The notes beneath the pieces are model-generated. The model had not been told where the DNA came from, searched no databases, and saw nothing but the letters and a program-made list of their open reading frames with translations. Below are positions 9,571 to 22,228 of a DNA stretch of 58,995 nucleotides, piece by piece (the stretch's first letter is position 1; every line of letters begins with the position of its first letter). Origin of the DNA: Salisapilia sapeloensis CBS 127946 (Eukaryota > Protista > Oomycota); assembly GCA_023334545.1 (NCBI GenBank), contig JAADVB010000104.1, positions 1 to 58,995 of the forward strand, in the 5' to 3' direction. Position numbers and translations under genes: made by a program.

Positions 9571-11692
9571 ATGGCGTGGAATGCGGAGAATGCTGCCGAG
9601 GCGACTGCCTCAGAGAATAAATGGAGACGGACGTTCTGTCAAGTACCGCTCCAATCGATTAATGCACATGCAGATGCTGGGAAACGTAGTGTACAGCAAT
9701 TGCTCGCGTTCTTTCGACGTAAAGTCGAGATCGAACGTCGTCAGAGCGAAGACTTGCGTAAGTGTCTTAAGACAGCAGGGCTAGAAGAGCTTGAGGTATC
9801 GGATTCTTCAGTGTTTGATGCATTGCAAGAGACGCGTAGCTACTGTGATGCTGTGTGTATGCAGCAGCTACGTCTCGCTCGGTTGTTGGAAGATCAAGTC
9901 GTGGAGCCTTTGGAAGCTTTGCATTCAGCATCGCAAGAGTATATTCGTACATTGCGTGGCATGATCAAGGACGCGGATAAGGAGTACAAGCGTGCTGAAA
10001 CAACCTATAACCAGGTAGGTCGTCATGAGCTAAATGTACTGGTATGTATCGTAATCCACGTGCATGTAGGCCAAGACCCGTGTCTACAATGCTGCTGATA
10101 ATGTTCTCGACGCAAAAGCGAGGCAGATACAAGCTCTACAGGTGAGCAATCTTCTCTCCACAAGGCTAAAAGCATGCACTTAAATTTGTGGACGTAGGAC
10201 ATTGGCATTCCGTCGTTCGAGCTGCAGCGGCTTGCGACGAGGATTGAAAAGAGTGAAGAGGCACAGATGCAGGCAGAGATGGATAAGCAGCAGAGCAAGA
10301 CAGAACTATACAAGTCAATCGTCGCGAGAGATGAGATGGCGATGGCTGTGAGCTTTGCGTATCAAAAGGCAGAGGAAGAGCGTCTAGACCAGCTAAACAC
10401 TTGTCTGCAGCAATTTGTCCAGATCGAAAAGGAACGAGCAAAGGTGACGGATAGGTTGGTAAGTTCCTTGCAACAGCCTATTGCTAGCTTGAGTCGTCCG
10501 GATGATATCCAGCTCTTCGTCGAGGTGCGTTTAGATCCTACAAAGAGAGCTGTATCGTTGTTCATGATAGATTACTTGTAGAAATATCGCGACCCGGAGA
10601 ATCTACATTTCCAAGGCAAAGCACTAGCGTTGATGGACTGGCACTGGCGGCAGATGTCGTCTTCAGAGCATAAGCAACACCAGGAAGAGGTCCATTCGAG
10701 CCATATAGATACCGGAATGGAGAAAGTGGAGGAGACTACAAGCGCTCAGGTGAATAATGTGGAGCTAAATTTTATCGAGACAGACCTCAAGGGACTCTTC
10801 CGCGCCACTAGCACTTCTAATACAGAACCAAAGGAAGACGAGGACAGTGATGTCAATGGGGAAGCACAGAGCAGCGAGTCACAAACGACTACTCAGGTAG
10901 CTTCTGATACCGACATCTCGGGTCGTGTGCAAACTGTATGTGAACAAGGACAAGGTCGAGCCTTCTTCGTTCAATGTCTCAATCGCCAACGCAGCATGGA
11001 GACTCGTATCGACAGTCAAGTCAGCTTTGATACACTAGTCCATTGCTTTCATCATTTCCTGGATGCATGTGTACAACACGAAGATCTTAAGGCTGCCAAG
11101 ACTGCCATGATCCTCGCCGAGACATTCTACTTACCAAAACTCATTCCTGATACGTCTGGCGGTCAAGAAGAAGACAGTGAACAAAGTACCATGAAAAGTT
11201 CCTCTGGGCAAAAGGAAGTGAAGGTCTATTTGCAAGAAGAGCTAAGAAAGCACTCGATCTGGAAAAAACCAACAGTACGTCCACTATCCTACCATCTTTC
11301 TACGACTGTCAGTTAATCCATCCTTATCCAGTTCTGGGAGAAAGCGCTCTTACTTGCTGTTGGAGAAGAGCTACAGAAGATGCCTCAGCCATACGCATGG
11401 GAAGACCTGCCGCAAACATACTCTGACCAAGACGGTAGACTTCTTCTCAATCTCATCTTTGCAATCTTACTCTTACCTTGTGGATTGTGTAGGTATACCC
11501 AGTCGACAGGAAGCTGTGGCGCGTATCCACAACATTGTGTTTGGTCAAATTGCATCCTTCAGTCTCAGTATGCTCGAGTTTGACGTTCCTCAAGCACAGA
11601 TCGAATCGTTTGTCGAAGGCATGTGCGATGCTTATGAACTCACAGAGCATCAGCGTCATGCTCTACGTCGCAATTTGCATGAAATCAACTAG
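9571..11692 (+). CDS. F-BAR (FCH)-like coiled-coil plus SBF2-like domain protein
   Basis: N-terminal AGKRSVQQLLAFFRRKVEIERRQSEDL and long helices. C-terminal GRAFFVQCLNRQRS...LDAC...AKTAMILAETFY...FWEKAL...IVFGQIASFSLSMLEF. Five GT-AG introns (about 10015, 10142, 10526, 11275, 11433). Confidence 0.7.
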
Positions 11693-11758
11693 ATCGTCTA
11701 CACCAGAGCATCTATATAGTCTTTCCAAACGGTTTTTCGTTTTCTTTCGACCTTCTAG

Positions 11759-13122
11759 CTACTGCAGTCTCTCAATGACCATCGCGCCAGCACCTCCACC
11801 TCCATTGCAAATCGACGCACATCCGATCGTCGCGTCACGTTCCTGGAGAATGTGGATCAACGTGCCGACGATACGAGCACCAGACATACCGATCGGATGG
11901 CCGAGTGCCACGGCACCTCCGTTCACGTTCACGCGGTCGTGGCTAAGACCCATGAGCTGCATGTTAGCGAGCGCAACGACCGAGAAGGCTTCGTTAATCT
12001 CGTGGTACTCGACGTCCTCAAGCTGCATGCCCGCGTGATGCAGTGCGATCGGAACAGCCTTGGACGGCGCGATCGTGAACTCTAGTGGCGCCTGTGCGGC
12101 GTCGCCAAAGCCGCGGATGCGAGCCAGTGGCTTAAGACCGAGAGACTGGGCTTTAGCGGCGGACATGATGACCATCGACGCCGCGCCATCGTTCAGTGGT
12201 GAGGCATTGGCAGGCGTGACTGTTCCGTCTTTTTTAAACGCCGGACGGGCAGTCGGGATGCGGTCCACAGGCGTCTGCGTCGGCTCCTCGTCCTTGCTCA
12301 CTTCCAACGGATCGCCCTTGCGTTGAGGCACGCGCACGGACGTGATCTCTTTGTCAAAGAAGCCACGTTCGTTGGCCTCAAGCGCTCGGAGGTAGCTCTC
12401 TCGTGCATATGCGTCCTGGTCTTCTCGAGAAAAGTTAAAGTCGTCCGCACACTTCTCGCCGCACATACCCATGTGCTGGTTGTTGTACGGGTCCCACAGT
12501 CCGTCATGGATGGCACCGTCCACGAGCTTGCCGTCTCCAAGGCGGTAGCCCGTACGTGCCTTTTGGAGATAGTACGGGACGTTGGACATGCTCTCGAATC
12601 CGCCGGCGAGCAGGATCTCCTGGCTACCGGCCATGACGCTCTGCGCTGCCGTCGCAATGGACTTCATGCCGGACGCACAAACCTTGTTCACGGTCGTGCA
12701 CGGAATGTACTCGGGGAAACCTGGTATAAGGAGTGATAAGCAATTATCGTCGAAGATCTATACAAGGGGGACGTACCAGCTTTCAGGACAGCCTGACGAG
12801 CCGGAGCTTGGCCAATGCCAGCGCTCACGACGTTGCCAAGGTACGCCTCCTGGATCTGGGAGGGCTGGATACCCGCCCTCTCGACGGCAACGGCATTGGC
12901 AATAGCGCCTAGCTCAACAGCAGGCATGGAGCCCAAGCCACCATTAAACGTCCCAATGGGCGTCCGAGCGTAGCTTACGATCACCGCTTCCTATCGTCAC
13001 CCACAAGGTCAAAATTCGAGTTGTATTATGAAAAAGGGGATGGAGGATACATTTCCCGATGGGGCAGATGAAAACGATCGGTGCAAGGTCTTCAAGGTAG
13101 AACGACGGAAGGTAGCTAGCAT
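11759..13122 (-). CDS. ACAT1: Acetyl-CoA acetyltransferase (thiolase II), mitochondrial
   Basis: TTVNKVCASGMK (active-site Cys), NEAF, GHPIGMSG and CNGGGG motifs. Presequence MLATFRRSTLKTLHRSFSS. Introns at 12991-13050 and 12721-12776. Confidence 0.95.
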
Positions 13123-13222
13123 TTTGATAAATGAGCTCGAGAGACAATTCGTATGCGTTTTTGTATCGAAAGCTGATTAGAGCCATAGTTCAAGTACATC
13201 TGCTTACGTCATCCGCCAGAAG

Positions 13223-14496
13223 ATGCTTTTTCTAGAGCAGACTCATGGCTTTGGCATCGAGGAAGGCCATGCGCCGCCGCCCTCGCTCTTCGAGTTGCTC
13301 ATGCAACAGAAACTCAATACGAGCTTCAAACCTGCGGCAGAGTATTTGTTGCATGCCGTGTGTGAAGCATACCCGGATGTAGCCCAATCGATCGGCGTGC
13401 GATACTTTGATGAGCTCTACGCATTCCTCCACGCGATGCTCGAACGACACTTTTTAACGAGCTATGACAGCCTTGCAACGGAAAAATTCTTTGGTATGAA
13501 GCGAGCACTCGTGTCGGATGATAAAACGACGAAAACACTGCCGCTGACGAGCTCGGCTCGACGACGGTCGCTACTGTATGCTGTCTTGCTGCCGTACATG
13601 AAAAGCAAAGTAGACAATTACCATCGAGACTTGGTGGAGAGCCCACCGAGACCAGACGTCGCCAATACGGAGTCGTCGCAGTCGATGGGTGGCATGCAAA
13701 AGTTTCTCCGTCACTTGCAGCGACTACAAGTGCTCTATAAAACCAAACGAGGGTTTGTCAAGGTCTATCCGTTCATTCACTTTGCCTACGAAGGTGTCTT
13801 CTTCCTCTACCAGGTATAGACGCCAACACGTGTCACTACCGCACGTATTGCTAACAAGATGATGGCTAGTGGCTCTACTTGTTCGAGGATACGCCGTACT
13901 TCACCCCGATCCTACGACGTCTCAAGGTCGTGCTCGTGCGTGCTACCATGGAGGACGAGGTATCCTTCTCCTTTCTAGTATTACTACCAAGCTAATCTCC
14001 CTTCTAGACTGCTTTCCAAGACAGTGCTCGTGCAGCTCGAGCAGAGGTTTTAAAGCGATGGGGAGGACCTTCGCTACTGCATCGTCTCCAGCGCGGCCTC
14101 CGACAATCTGTCTGGGCCGTCCAGGATCACTCGTACCTCGTCTTGCTATTTGGCATCGCCGGCTACAAGCTCGTGGAATGGATGTACTCGGATGAAGGTG
14201 TCGCGGCGAAGAAGCGTATGAACGCAGTAGACACGCCCGTACCTCCTCCTCCTCTCCCACCGCAGTTCACAAGCCAACAACTTGGACATGAACCGGTTGA
14301 TGCAGGCTTCTGTCCGATTTGTCGACGCCCTCGTGTCAACCCTGCGATGGCAAGCTCCGGATATGTCTTTTGCTACACGTGCATCTACGAACATCTAAGC
14401 AACGCTGGTACATGCCCCGTCACGAACATGAAATGCGACAAGGAGGCACTCGTTCGTATCTACGACGAGCACGCGGAGGATGCGCCTGTGGTGTAG
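13223..14496 (+). CDS. PEX12: Peroxin 12 (peroxisomal RING protein)
   Basis: PSLFELLMQQKL...FDELYA...ERHFL...SLATEKFFGMKR N-terminus; C-terminal degenerate RING CPICRRPRVNPAMASSGYVFCYTCI...CPVT. Introns at 13814-13869 and 13960-14007. Confidence 0.93.
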
Positions 14497-14947
14497 AATA
14501 TACAACCCTTAAAGATTTCTATGCGCTCTACGCCCAGCTGCTCTTCCTTTTTTCTCACCACATCTGCCTCAGCCATTCCTTCAGTCAACAAGCCTGTCAA
14601 CTTGCTTTCCCTCCTTTCTGCTTTGGGACAAGTACAGACGATCGCAAGTATCATCCATCGTCGACGAAGATACTTTTACCAGAGAAGTTAGCCATAACTC
14701 GAAAAAATCTGTTTCTACAGTTGAACTGGCGTCGTCTCAACCCTCGTCTCATAAATATACATGCACTTCCTATGGAAAGAAATATCTTTTGTGGATGTCG
14801 TATTCTGGATCAGATGCTGCCAGCTGCCATCCAAACTATCTTGACTTGAGTATGGTCCGAGAGGAGGCAGGACGCCCCTCCCGCAGCTCCGTCATAACCA
14901 AATCAGACCGACAAGGGGGAGGAGGATCGCATACCCAGACTAGAAGA

Positions 14948-17900
14948 ATGAGCGGTACGTTGGATGGCGCCAAGTGCTACGTCCCAGACCCCGACCACGT
15001 GTGGCTAGCGGCTGAGATCGTGCGGGAAGAAGAAGGCACGAACGGCGCTCGCAAGGTCCATGCCAAGGTCGAACTCCCGGACGGCACGGTCGAAGAGCGA
15101 GACGTCGACTTGGGCGACAAGAAAGTCAAGCAGATTCTAGCCAGCAACAATCTCGAGACGTTGCCATACCAGAATGAGAATCTGGGGGAGCATGGGGCAG
15201 AAGATATGATCTCCCTCAACTATCTCCACGAAGCCGCGATCTTGTACAATGTCAAGCAGCGATTCCTACAGCAACTCCCGTACACGTACACAGGCGACAT
15301 TTGCATTGCCGTCAACCCGTACCAGTGGCTCGCGGACCTCTACACGGAGGAGCAGCACCTCAAGTACCTCAACCAGCCCAAGGAAGAGCTCCCGCCGCAC
15401 GTCTACGCGACGTCCGTCGCGTCCTATGACTCGATGCGAAGGCATGAGCTCAACCAGTCCATCCTCGTATCTGGCGAATCTGGTGCCGGGAAGACGGAGA
15501 CGACCAAGATCTTGATGAACCACTTGGCGACGATCGCTGGTGGTATGAACAACACGACTATCAAGCGCATTATCGAAGTCAATCCGCTCCTCGAATCTTT
15601 TGGTAACGCCAAGACGGTGCGAAACGATAACTCGAGTCGATTCGGTAAATTCACACAACTCCAGTTCGATCCGAATGGAACGCTCGTTGGTGCCAAGTGC
15701 CGCACCTATTTGCTCGAGAAGACGCGTGTCATTAGCCACGATGACGCCGAGCGAAACTACCATATCTTTTATCAACTCCTCGAGAGCGGAGACACTGCTT
15801 CGCAGCTCAAGCTCGATCCTTCCAAAGCATACCGGTACACTGGCGACAACAAGACGCAAAAGATCGAAGGCATGTCTGACAAGGACCTCTTCGGTCGTAC
15901 CTGCGATGCCTTGGAGCTCGTCGGTCTCACGCCGGAAGACCAGAAGCCTCTGTTTGAGATCCTCGCGGGTATCCTGAACCTCGGTGAGTTGCAGCTCGAG
16001 TCCAATCCGGATGACGATGAGCAGTCCCGTATCGTTGCTGGTGATGCCGGCGCTACGGCTGCAACAGAACTCTTCGGACTCACGTGGGAAGCGATGGAGA
16101 AAGCTCTGTGCTCCCGTACAATGCGTGCTGTAAACGATGTGTATAGCGTTCCTCTGCACAAAGAGCAAGCTGAGGACTGTCGTGACGCTCTTGCAAAGGC
16201 GACGTATTCGAATATCTTCGATTGGCTTGTGAACATCATCAATGACTCGCTCGCAGACGACGTCCACATGCGTTATCACATTGGTGTCTTGGATATTTTC
16301 GGTTTCGAACACTTTAAACACAATTCGTTTGAACAGTTCTGCATCAACTATGCGAACGAAAAGCTTCAGCAAAAGTTCACGGAAGATGTCTTCAAGACAG
16401 TGCAGCTCGAATATGAAGAAGAAGGAATTAACTGGGAACACGTCGAGTACGCTGATAACCAGGATGTCCTGACGGTCATTGAGAGTAAGATGGGTATCAT
16501 CTCGCTCTTGAACGAAGAGCTGATGCGCCCCAAGGGCACAGAAGCCTCGTTCATGGGTAAAGTCCGATCGCTCCACAAGGACGACATGACCCACGTCATC
16601 GAGTTCCCACGTACATCTCAGAAAGACTTTACCATTAAGCACTACGCTGGTGCTGTCATGTACGACTCGACGGGCTTCCTCGAAAAACACAAGGACGCGC
16701 TCCTTCCAGACTTGGCAGAGCTCATGCGTGGATCGTCCAAGCCGTTCCTCGGCAAACTCTTTGAGCAGAAACCTGCACCGGAAGCAGCAGACACTGGCAA
16801 CCGTCGTAAACGTGGCGGTGGCGGTGGAGGCTCCGTCGCATCGAGCACCGTCGGCACACAGTTCAAGAACAATCTGGCGGAACTCATGACGACGATCCAA
16901 TCCACGCGTGTGCAGTACGTCCGTTGCATCAAGCCTAACTCTGTCAAGAGTGCGCATGAGATGGATAACTCAATGGTCATCTCGCAACTGCGTTGTGCCG
17001 GTGTCATCGAAGCCATCCGCATCGCGCGTGCAGCGTACCCCAACCGTCTCTTGCACTCGGAGATTCTTGACAAGTACTGGCTCTTCGTTCCGTCTGGAGG
17101 CTCGACCGAGCAAGAGCGTTGTCAAATGCTCATGGATAAGCTCAAACTTGCATCTCCAGAGCAATATCAAATGGGTAAGACACGTGTCTACTTCCAATTA
17201 GGAGTCTTAGAAGACTTGGAAGACCGACGAAAGAGACTGTTGGACGCCAAGGCCACGTACCTCCAGAACGTCATGGTCGGATTCACACAGCGTATCCGCT
17301 ACCTACGCCAACTAGCTGCTATCGTCAAGCTGCAGTCGGTCATCCGATGCGTCATCGCCATGCGTCGATACTATGCCTTCCACAAAGGTCTCGTTCTCTG
17401 CCAAGCGCAATGGCGAGGCACACAAGGACGCAAGTATGCGACGGAAGTCAAGCGTGAGCATGCTGCTGTTATCATCCAGAAGCACGCGCGTGGGTTCTCC
17501 AAGCGCAGTCAGTTCGTTAAGGTGCACAACATGGTCATTCGTGTGCAAGCGATTGCGCGTATGAAGATCCAGCGTCCAAAGTACTTAGAAGCTTTGAATG
17601 AAAAGAAACTCGAGGCAGACATGGCGTATCAGATCCAGAAACTTAAGGATCGTCTGCAAGAAGAGAAAGAGCGGAGTGCTCAGTTGGAACGCGAGCGGAC
17701 GTTGTCGACGGAGCAAGTGGCACCAACAGAGTCGGCGGAAGTGGATGCTGGTGGGATGATTGAAAAGATGCAGGAGGAGAACCAGAAATTGCGACAGAAG
17801 AATGATAAGATGCAGGAAGAGCTATCCAACCTCCGTGGTGAAGTCAGCAAGTATCGTAGTGATAAGGAGATGACCTCGGCTGGTAACCACGTCCGCGTCG

Positions 17901-18673
17901 CGTCGCTCGAGGACCAAGTCAAGGATAGGGATAAGAAGATTAAGGAGCTCGAGGCAGAGAACGTCAAGCTCAAGAAGACGATCGAGAGCATGCCGACGCA
18001 ACCGAAGAAGGAGGTGACCAAGGCACGCTCGCTCTTCCGCACCATCGGCTCGAAGAAGGACAACGACGATGTCCTCATGGACTCGCTTACGAACGAAAGC
18101 GATGCTCACTCGAATGGACGTGCGTCCTACCTCCAAGCGCCAGATATTTCCTTCCGCATGCCGCGTATGAGCTTGTCGACCAAGATCTGGGGCACCTCCA
18201 AGTCGCGCATTGAAGAGAACGAGAACGGAGACCCGCTGCAGGACAGTCCGAACAATGACACGATGACGTCTAGTCAGACAGACTCGATCGTCACGCGCAA
18301 CACGCTCGTGAAGAGTGTCGAGAGCGGCGTCACGGGTGCCATGTCCAACATCAAGGGCCGCATCGGTGCTGCCGTCAACTACGGCATGTCGACGAACCGC
18401 ACGAAGCGGGCGGGTAGCAAGGAAGAAAGTTTCGACAAGGAAAAGATGAACAACCACGAAGGTCCGGTGCGTGAATCCTTCAACCTGGATGCACTCCCCG
18501 AGGTGTCGCTGCCTGTTGGGTGGGAAGCCAAGGTCTCTCGCTCGACTGGCCGCGTCTACTATGTGAACCGCAAGCTCGGCAAGTCCCAGTTCGAGAGACC
18601 GACGCTAGCGTCGCTCAAGGCGCAGAAGTTGGCCAGGCGCTCGAGTGCCGCTGCCGAGCCCGTCGCCGAGTAA
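14948..18673 (+). CDS. Myosin (N-terminal SH3-like, motor, IQ repeats, coiled coil, C-terminal WW domain), intronless; copy A
   Basis: GESGAGKTE P-loop, NDNSSRFGKF, DIFGFE and LRCAGV motifs; IQ motifs; WW LPVGWEAKVSRSTGRVYYVNRKLGKSQFERP. ATG at 14948 (the ORF track starts earlier at a non-ATG codon). Confidence 0.96.
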   Translation: MSGTLDGAKCYVPDPDHVWLAAEIVREEEGTNGARKVHAKVELPDGTVEERDVDLGDKKVKQILASNNLETLPYQNENLGEHGAEDMISLNYLHEAAILYNVKQRFLQQLPYTYTGDICIAVNPYQWLADLYTEEQHLKYLNQPKEELPPHVYATSVASYDSMRRHELNQSILVSGESGAGKTETTKILMNHLATIAGGMNNTTIKRIIEVNPLLESFGNAKTVRNDNSSRFGKFTQLQFDPNGTLVGAKCRTYLLEKTRVISHDDAERNYHIFYQLLESGDTASQLKLDPSKAYRYTGDNKTQKIEGMSDKDLFGRTCDALELVGLTPEDQKPLFEILAGILNLGELQLESNPDDDEQSRIVAGDAGATAATELFGLTWEAMEKALCSRTMRAVNDVYSVPLHKEQAEDCRDALAKATYSNIFDWLVNIINDSLADDVHMRYHIGVLDIFGFEHFKHNSFEQFCINYANEKLQQKFTEDVFKTVQLEYEEEGINWEHVEYADNQDVLTVIESKMGIISLLNEELMRPKGTEASFMGKVRSLHKDDMTHVIEFPRTSQKDFTIKHYAGAVMYDSTGFLEKHKDALLPDLAELMRGSSKPFLGKLFEQKPAPEAADTGNRRKRGGGGGGSVASSTVGTQFKNNLAELMTTIQSTRVQYVRCIKPNSVKSAHEMDNSMVISQLRCAGVIEAIRIARAAYPNRLLHSEILDKYWLFVPSGGSTEQERCQMLMDKLKLASPEQYQMGKTRVYFQLGVLEDLEDRRKRLLDAKATYLQNVMVGFTQRIRYLRQLAAIVKLQSVIRCVIAMRRYYAFHKGLVLCQAQWRGTQGRKYATEVKREHAAVIIQKHARGFSKRSQFVKVHNMVIRVQAIARMKIQRPKYLEALNEKKLEADMAYQIQKLKDRLQEEKERSAQLERERTLSTEQVAPTESAEVDAGGMIEKMQEENQKLRQKNDKMQEELSNLRGEVSKYRSDKEMTSAGNHVRVASLEDQVKDRDKKIKELEAENVKLKKTIESMPTQPKKEVTKARSLFRTIGSKKDNDDVLMDSLTNESDAHSNGRASYLQAPDISFRMPRMSLSTKIWGTSKSRIEENENGDPLQDSPNNDTMTSSQTDSIVTRNTLVKSVESGVTGAMSNIKGRIGAAVNYGMSTNRTKRAGSKEESFDKEKMNNHEGPVRESFNLDALPEVSLPVGWEAKVSRSTGRVYYVNRKLGKSQFERPTLASLKAQKLARRSSAAAEPVAE

Positions 18674-19036
18674 AACGGAAGCTCGTGGTTGTAGCAAGTT
18701 TGTATCCACTTGGACGCGACGTCGAGACTAGTTGCATTTGCAAACGTCCTCTCTGTGTAGGCTGAAACTATATTCAATCTAGAATTTGATGGTTTTGATC
18801 CGTGGTGTCTTGCGCTTACGATGCTAGAGACATCCGTGCATATACCCTTTCGACTAGTCTATCTGGCGATGGTCGGTACGCCTATCATTCTACACATTCT
18901 CCTGCTGCTACTCTGCCTTAGATCCTTGTGAATGCGATAGTAGCTCTCCTGCTATGCATACCAGCTACATGTTAGCTATCGATAGCTATGGCTACGGAGA
19001 GGAGGAAGGAAAGGATAAACGATACCATGAGCTCTT

Positions 19037-19857
19037 TTACATTTCAATCCAAGTCTTAGACCCTTCTCTTTCTTCGTATGCGGCGATACTGCTAGCGCTG
19101 CTTCGATCGGAATCCTCTGCGCTGTCTTCAAAGGCCGGTGGACTCAGTGGTTCGTCATGCGTGTGTTCAAAGTCCGAGTCCAATTGATCGTGCTCGCTGT
19201 TTTCCGTGTCGTAGCCGATGTGGTCAAACTGTTCGTCCGAGGCACGACCGGGTGGTGTCTGTGGAGGCTCTGAGGGAGTGCTAGTGCGGTTTTCAGGTGA
19301 CTCGTCTTCTTCACTTAGAGGTGTATGAGCACTTGGAGCGACGGAGGCTGGTGGGATCGCCTTAGATGTACGACGCTTGATGCTCACAAGTTTCGACGAG
19401 AGCTTGTCACGGATGGTACTAGAGCGACGGGAGCGAGCACTATTTCCATCGGAGCTCGACGTATCGTTCGCTTGGCTCGACCGAGATGTGTCAGTTGGCT
19501 TGCGCTGTGGCATCGTGCCTTGTCGTCCACGACTACCACTTTTCATCGGAGCTGGTTGGAAAGATGCAGCCTTAGCCATCGATAGACATTCCGCATGCAA
19601 CGTCTTGTATTCGTCATCAAGTGCTTGCAGCTATCTCCGAGAAGAGTTAGTGGTAGGCAGAAGCTACACTTGGGCTACTCAAGTACCTGGTTCGAAAGCT
19701 CCTGCGTCCGTTTGTGCTCTCGAGCGATGGTCGCGTCTCGATCCCGATGCGTCTGTAGTAGTTTCTGCTGTAGCTCCATGTTCTTCTGCATCTCGGTGGC
19801 GATGTACTCGCTCAACTCGGCATTCTCGCGCCGTAGTTCCGCCACCGTCGCTCCCAT
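19037..19857 (-). CDS. Small hypothetical protein with an N-terminal coiled coil and a Ser/acidic disordered tail
   Basis: MGATVAELRRENAELSEY...ELSNQ|LQALDDEYKTLHAE joined by a 56-nt GT-AG intron containing CTAAC. The start is uncertain. Confidence 0.6.
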
Positions 19858-21389
19858 CGCCTCGCGAGATGTAAAGCTGGTCCAAATGACGTCTCATCGT
19901 ACCGCGCTGAATCCATACGATTTTCAGTATTGCGGATATTTTTAATGTTCATACAGTAGGGTTTTTAGGGCGTAAAGGAACAATTAGAGTATACACGGCG
20001 CATGGAGTTTCTTGACTCTATCTCATCGCTAGGAAGTAGATGGTAGTGTTGAATGCCATACAGAGTTTGACCGTTGAATATTGTTTCTTGGGATCTATCA
20101 TTTAAGAATGCAAGGACTAGCTTGAAACTGAAAATTGTGATTCAATATGCCGATGGAAACTTGGCATTGACTCGTGACTTTCGACGCAAACCTTTGACTT
20201 CACAATGATATTTGAGCACTTTTATTTACCTCGCCAGTGTCTTTCACTTATCTTCATTTAAACCATGCATGAAGATTAGCAATACTCGAGTACAGCACAC
20301 AATAGCTTCTTGACCTTCTTGCGTACGTGTAGGCATCACTTGCCTAGGCTAACTCACCAATTTTGGAAAATATGCATGCATGGATTAATTTGGATCCTTT
20401 CGTGACAGCAAGTGCGTAATTCATCATGAAATATATGAAAAAGTTGCACGGAGCTCGTCGAACTGGTTTGGCAAGCCGTACACATAAGTTTTCATTTACA
20501 CTTAGGCGTCTACGATAAGGTTTGGCAGCATAGTACACGTAAAATCTTAGGCTGCAAAGCAAAGCTTTGTAAACTTCAGTTACGCTCGTGTGTTCAACGA
20601 AGTGTTTAGCGGTATGCGACTACTCTATCGCGATAAATCACGCACAACCACGAACGTGAACTTGTAGCAGACCAAGACAGCTCGATGGACTTCGGCACCA
20701 ATCGTGCAATTGAAGCTTTGCTAAGAGAAATGGAAAAATCTCGTACAAAATCTCTGGGATTAGCCCGTAGTGACTGTAAGTGCGAGCGAAAGATCACGTT
20801 GTGAGATGTGTAGTCGATTACTTTCAAAAAGCTTTATTAGCAAGTATTCGTCATACTCTAGACCGTGTTCTCACTGCATACCGATTTGGCAACATCGGGG
20901 ATTTGCAATTTGTCATTCCATTAATGATATCCCAATCGGACAGCTCTGTGTTCGTTGATAACTGCTAATTCGGATAAGCTACATAACATTGTAATTTTTA
21001 TAGTATGTCCATATAGTTTTCCCGCCAAAAGGGCCACAAAGCGAGTCGCGTCTTCTATCGATGGAGATGCGGCTCCATATTCTTGCTTTAACTTGCCTCT
21101 CGTTCTGCATCATCTGCTGTAACTGACGTTTCCATTGACATGCTCTGTAGCATGATTTGTGTGAAAGCTGCAACATATAGTTGACCTGCTTTTAGCGAAT
21201 TAGTACTGAATCGGTATACCCTTCGGCATCATCTACCTTTTCGTGCATTTCAATAAAGGCAATTCAAGAGGCATAATACCGATCACAGTTCGCACGTGCT
21301 CGTTACCATACCGTATATTCTATCTCGCATAATCCTCGATTATCCTCTCAACGAACACAACCTTGCTTCTTTTGGTCGACCACCGCCTT

Positions 21390-21835
21390 GGTCTTCGATG
21401 TAATCAGGAGGAAACAATCTTGGAGAAGACTTTAAGTCACGCCTGTTGCTCGAAATGTGCAAATTTGAAAAAGCGCGCGAGACTTGGTGAGCTTTTCGAT
21501 TTACTTGCGCTATTGAGCTCTTTGCTATTCTTTCGGAACAGACGTAGTACAGTAGTGAACGAAATAATTGGGCGGCATTTGCGACTCACACTGTACCCGT
21601 CCCACTGAAATGGCGAAAAGCTCAATGTTGCAAGTAAATCGAATGCAACTTCAACCTGAATGACTTCCGACGATCTATCACTATACTCTCGACACTATTC
21701 CCACCAAGACACGGCAGAGGAACAGACATTACACGCGGATATAAACCTAGGAGTAGGACCAACAGCCTGAGACTTGGGCATTGATTCCTATTACAATTCA
21801 TTTGTGCTTGTTTGTATAATGCCTTCAATGTCTTC
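21390..21835 (+). repeat. Dispersed ~450-bp repeat, copy A (inverted relative to the copy at 55195-55655)
   Basis: For example, cttggagaagactttaagtcacgcctgttgctcgaaatgtgcaaatttgaaaaagcgcgcga matches the reverse complement of 55560-55626. Roughly 80% identity by eye in the core. Confidence 0.9.
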
Positions 21836-22228
21836 CATAATACGCAGTTATTCACTCAACGTATATGGCCCCAGTTTTGCAGAAAACTGGATCTTTCTGT
21901 ATCTCCTGAGTGCAAGGACACAAAGCGAGTGGCAAGAAACTTTGCGCAAAAGATACTTTCATGCAAATCTAGGCGACTATGACAACTTCGACATTCATCA
22001 CAAGACGCACCCTTAACAAACCTGCAAAATACCTGCTGTCTTAAATACAAATAATTAGCTCTACTTTCTATCTTAAAGTGAACAGATCCATCCACCAGAG
22101 CAACGTGAGCTATACTCGATCAACTTCCATATCCCTATTTTTATCCAATCCGATTTACTTTTTTGTATATTCACCCAATCAACAGCATTTCGTCTCCATC
22201 CAACTTAACATTCCTGCAACTAGCCACG

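Noticed and set aside
9640-9673. Possible 31-nt micro-intron (GTACC...TGCAG) in the F-BAR gene
   Set aside because: Removing it shifts the frame; the unspliced reading fits the F-BAR N-terminus.
14789-14947. ORF-track N-terminal extensions from non-ATG starts (also 26619-26699 and 4382-4462)
   Set aside because: Artefacts of bacterial-style start calling, or unsupported extensions; homology begins at or after the downstream ATG.
15266-16957. 563-aa antisense ORF opposite myosin A
   Set aside because: Shadow ORF produced by the codon bias of the sense gene; no recognisable protein features.
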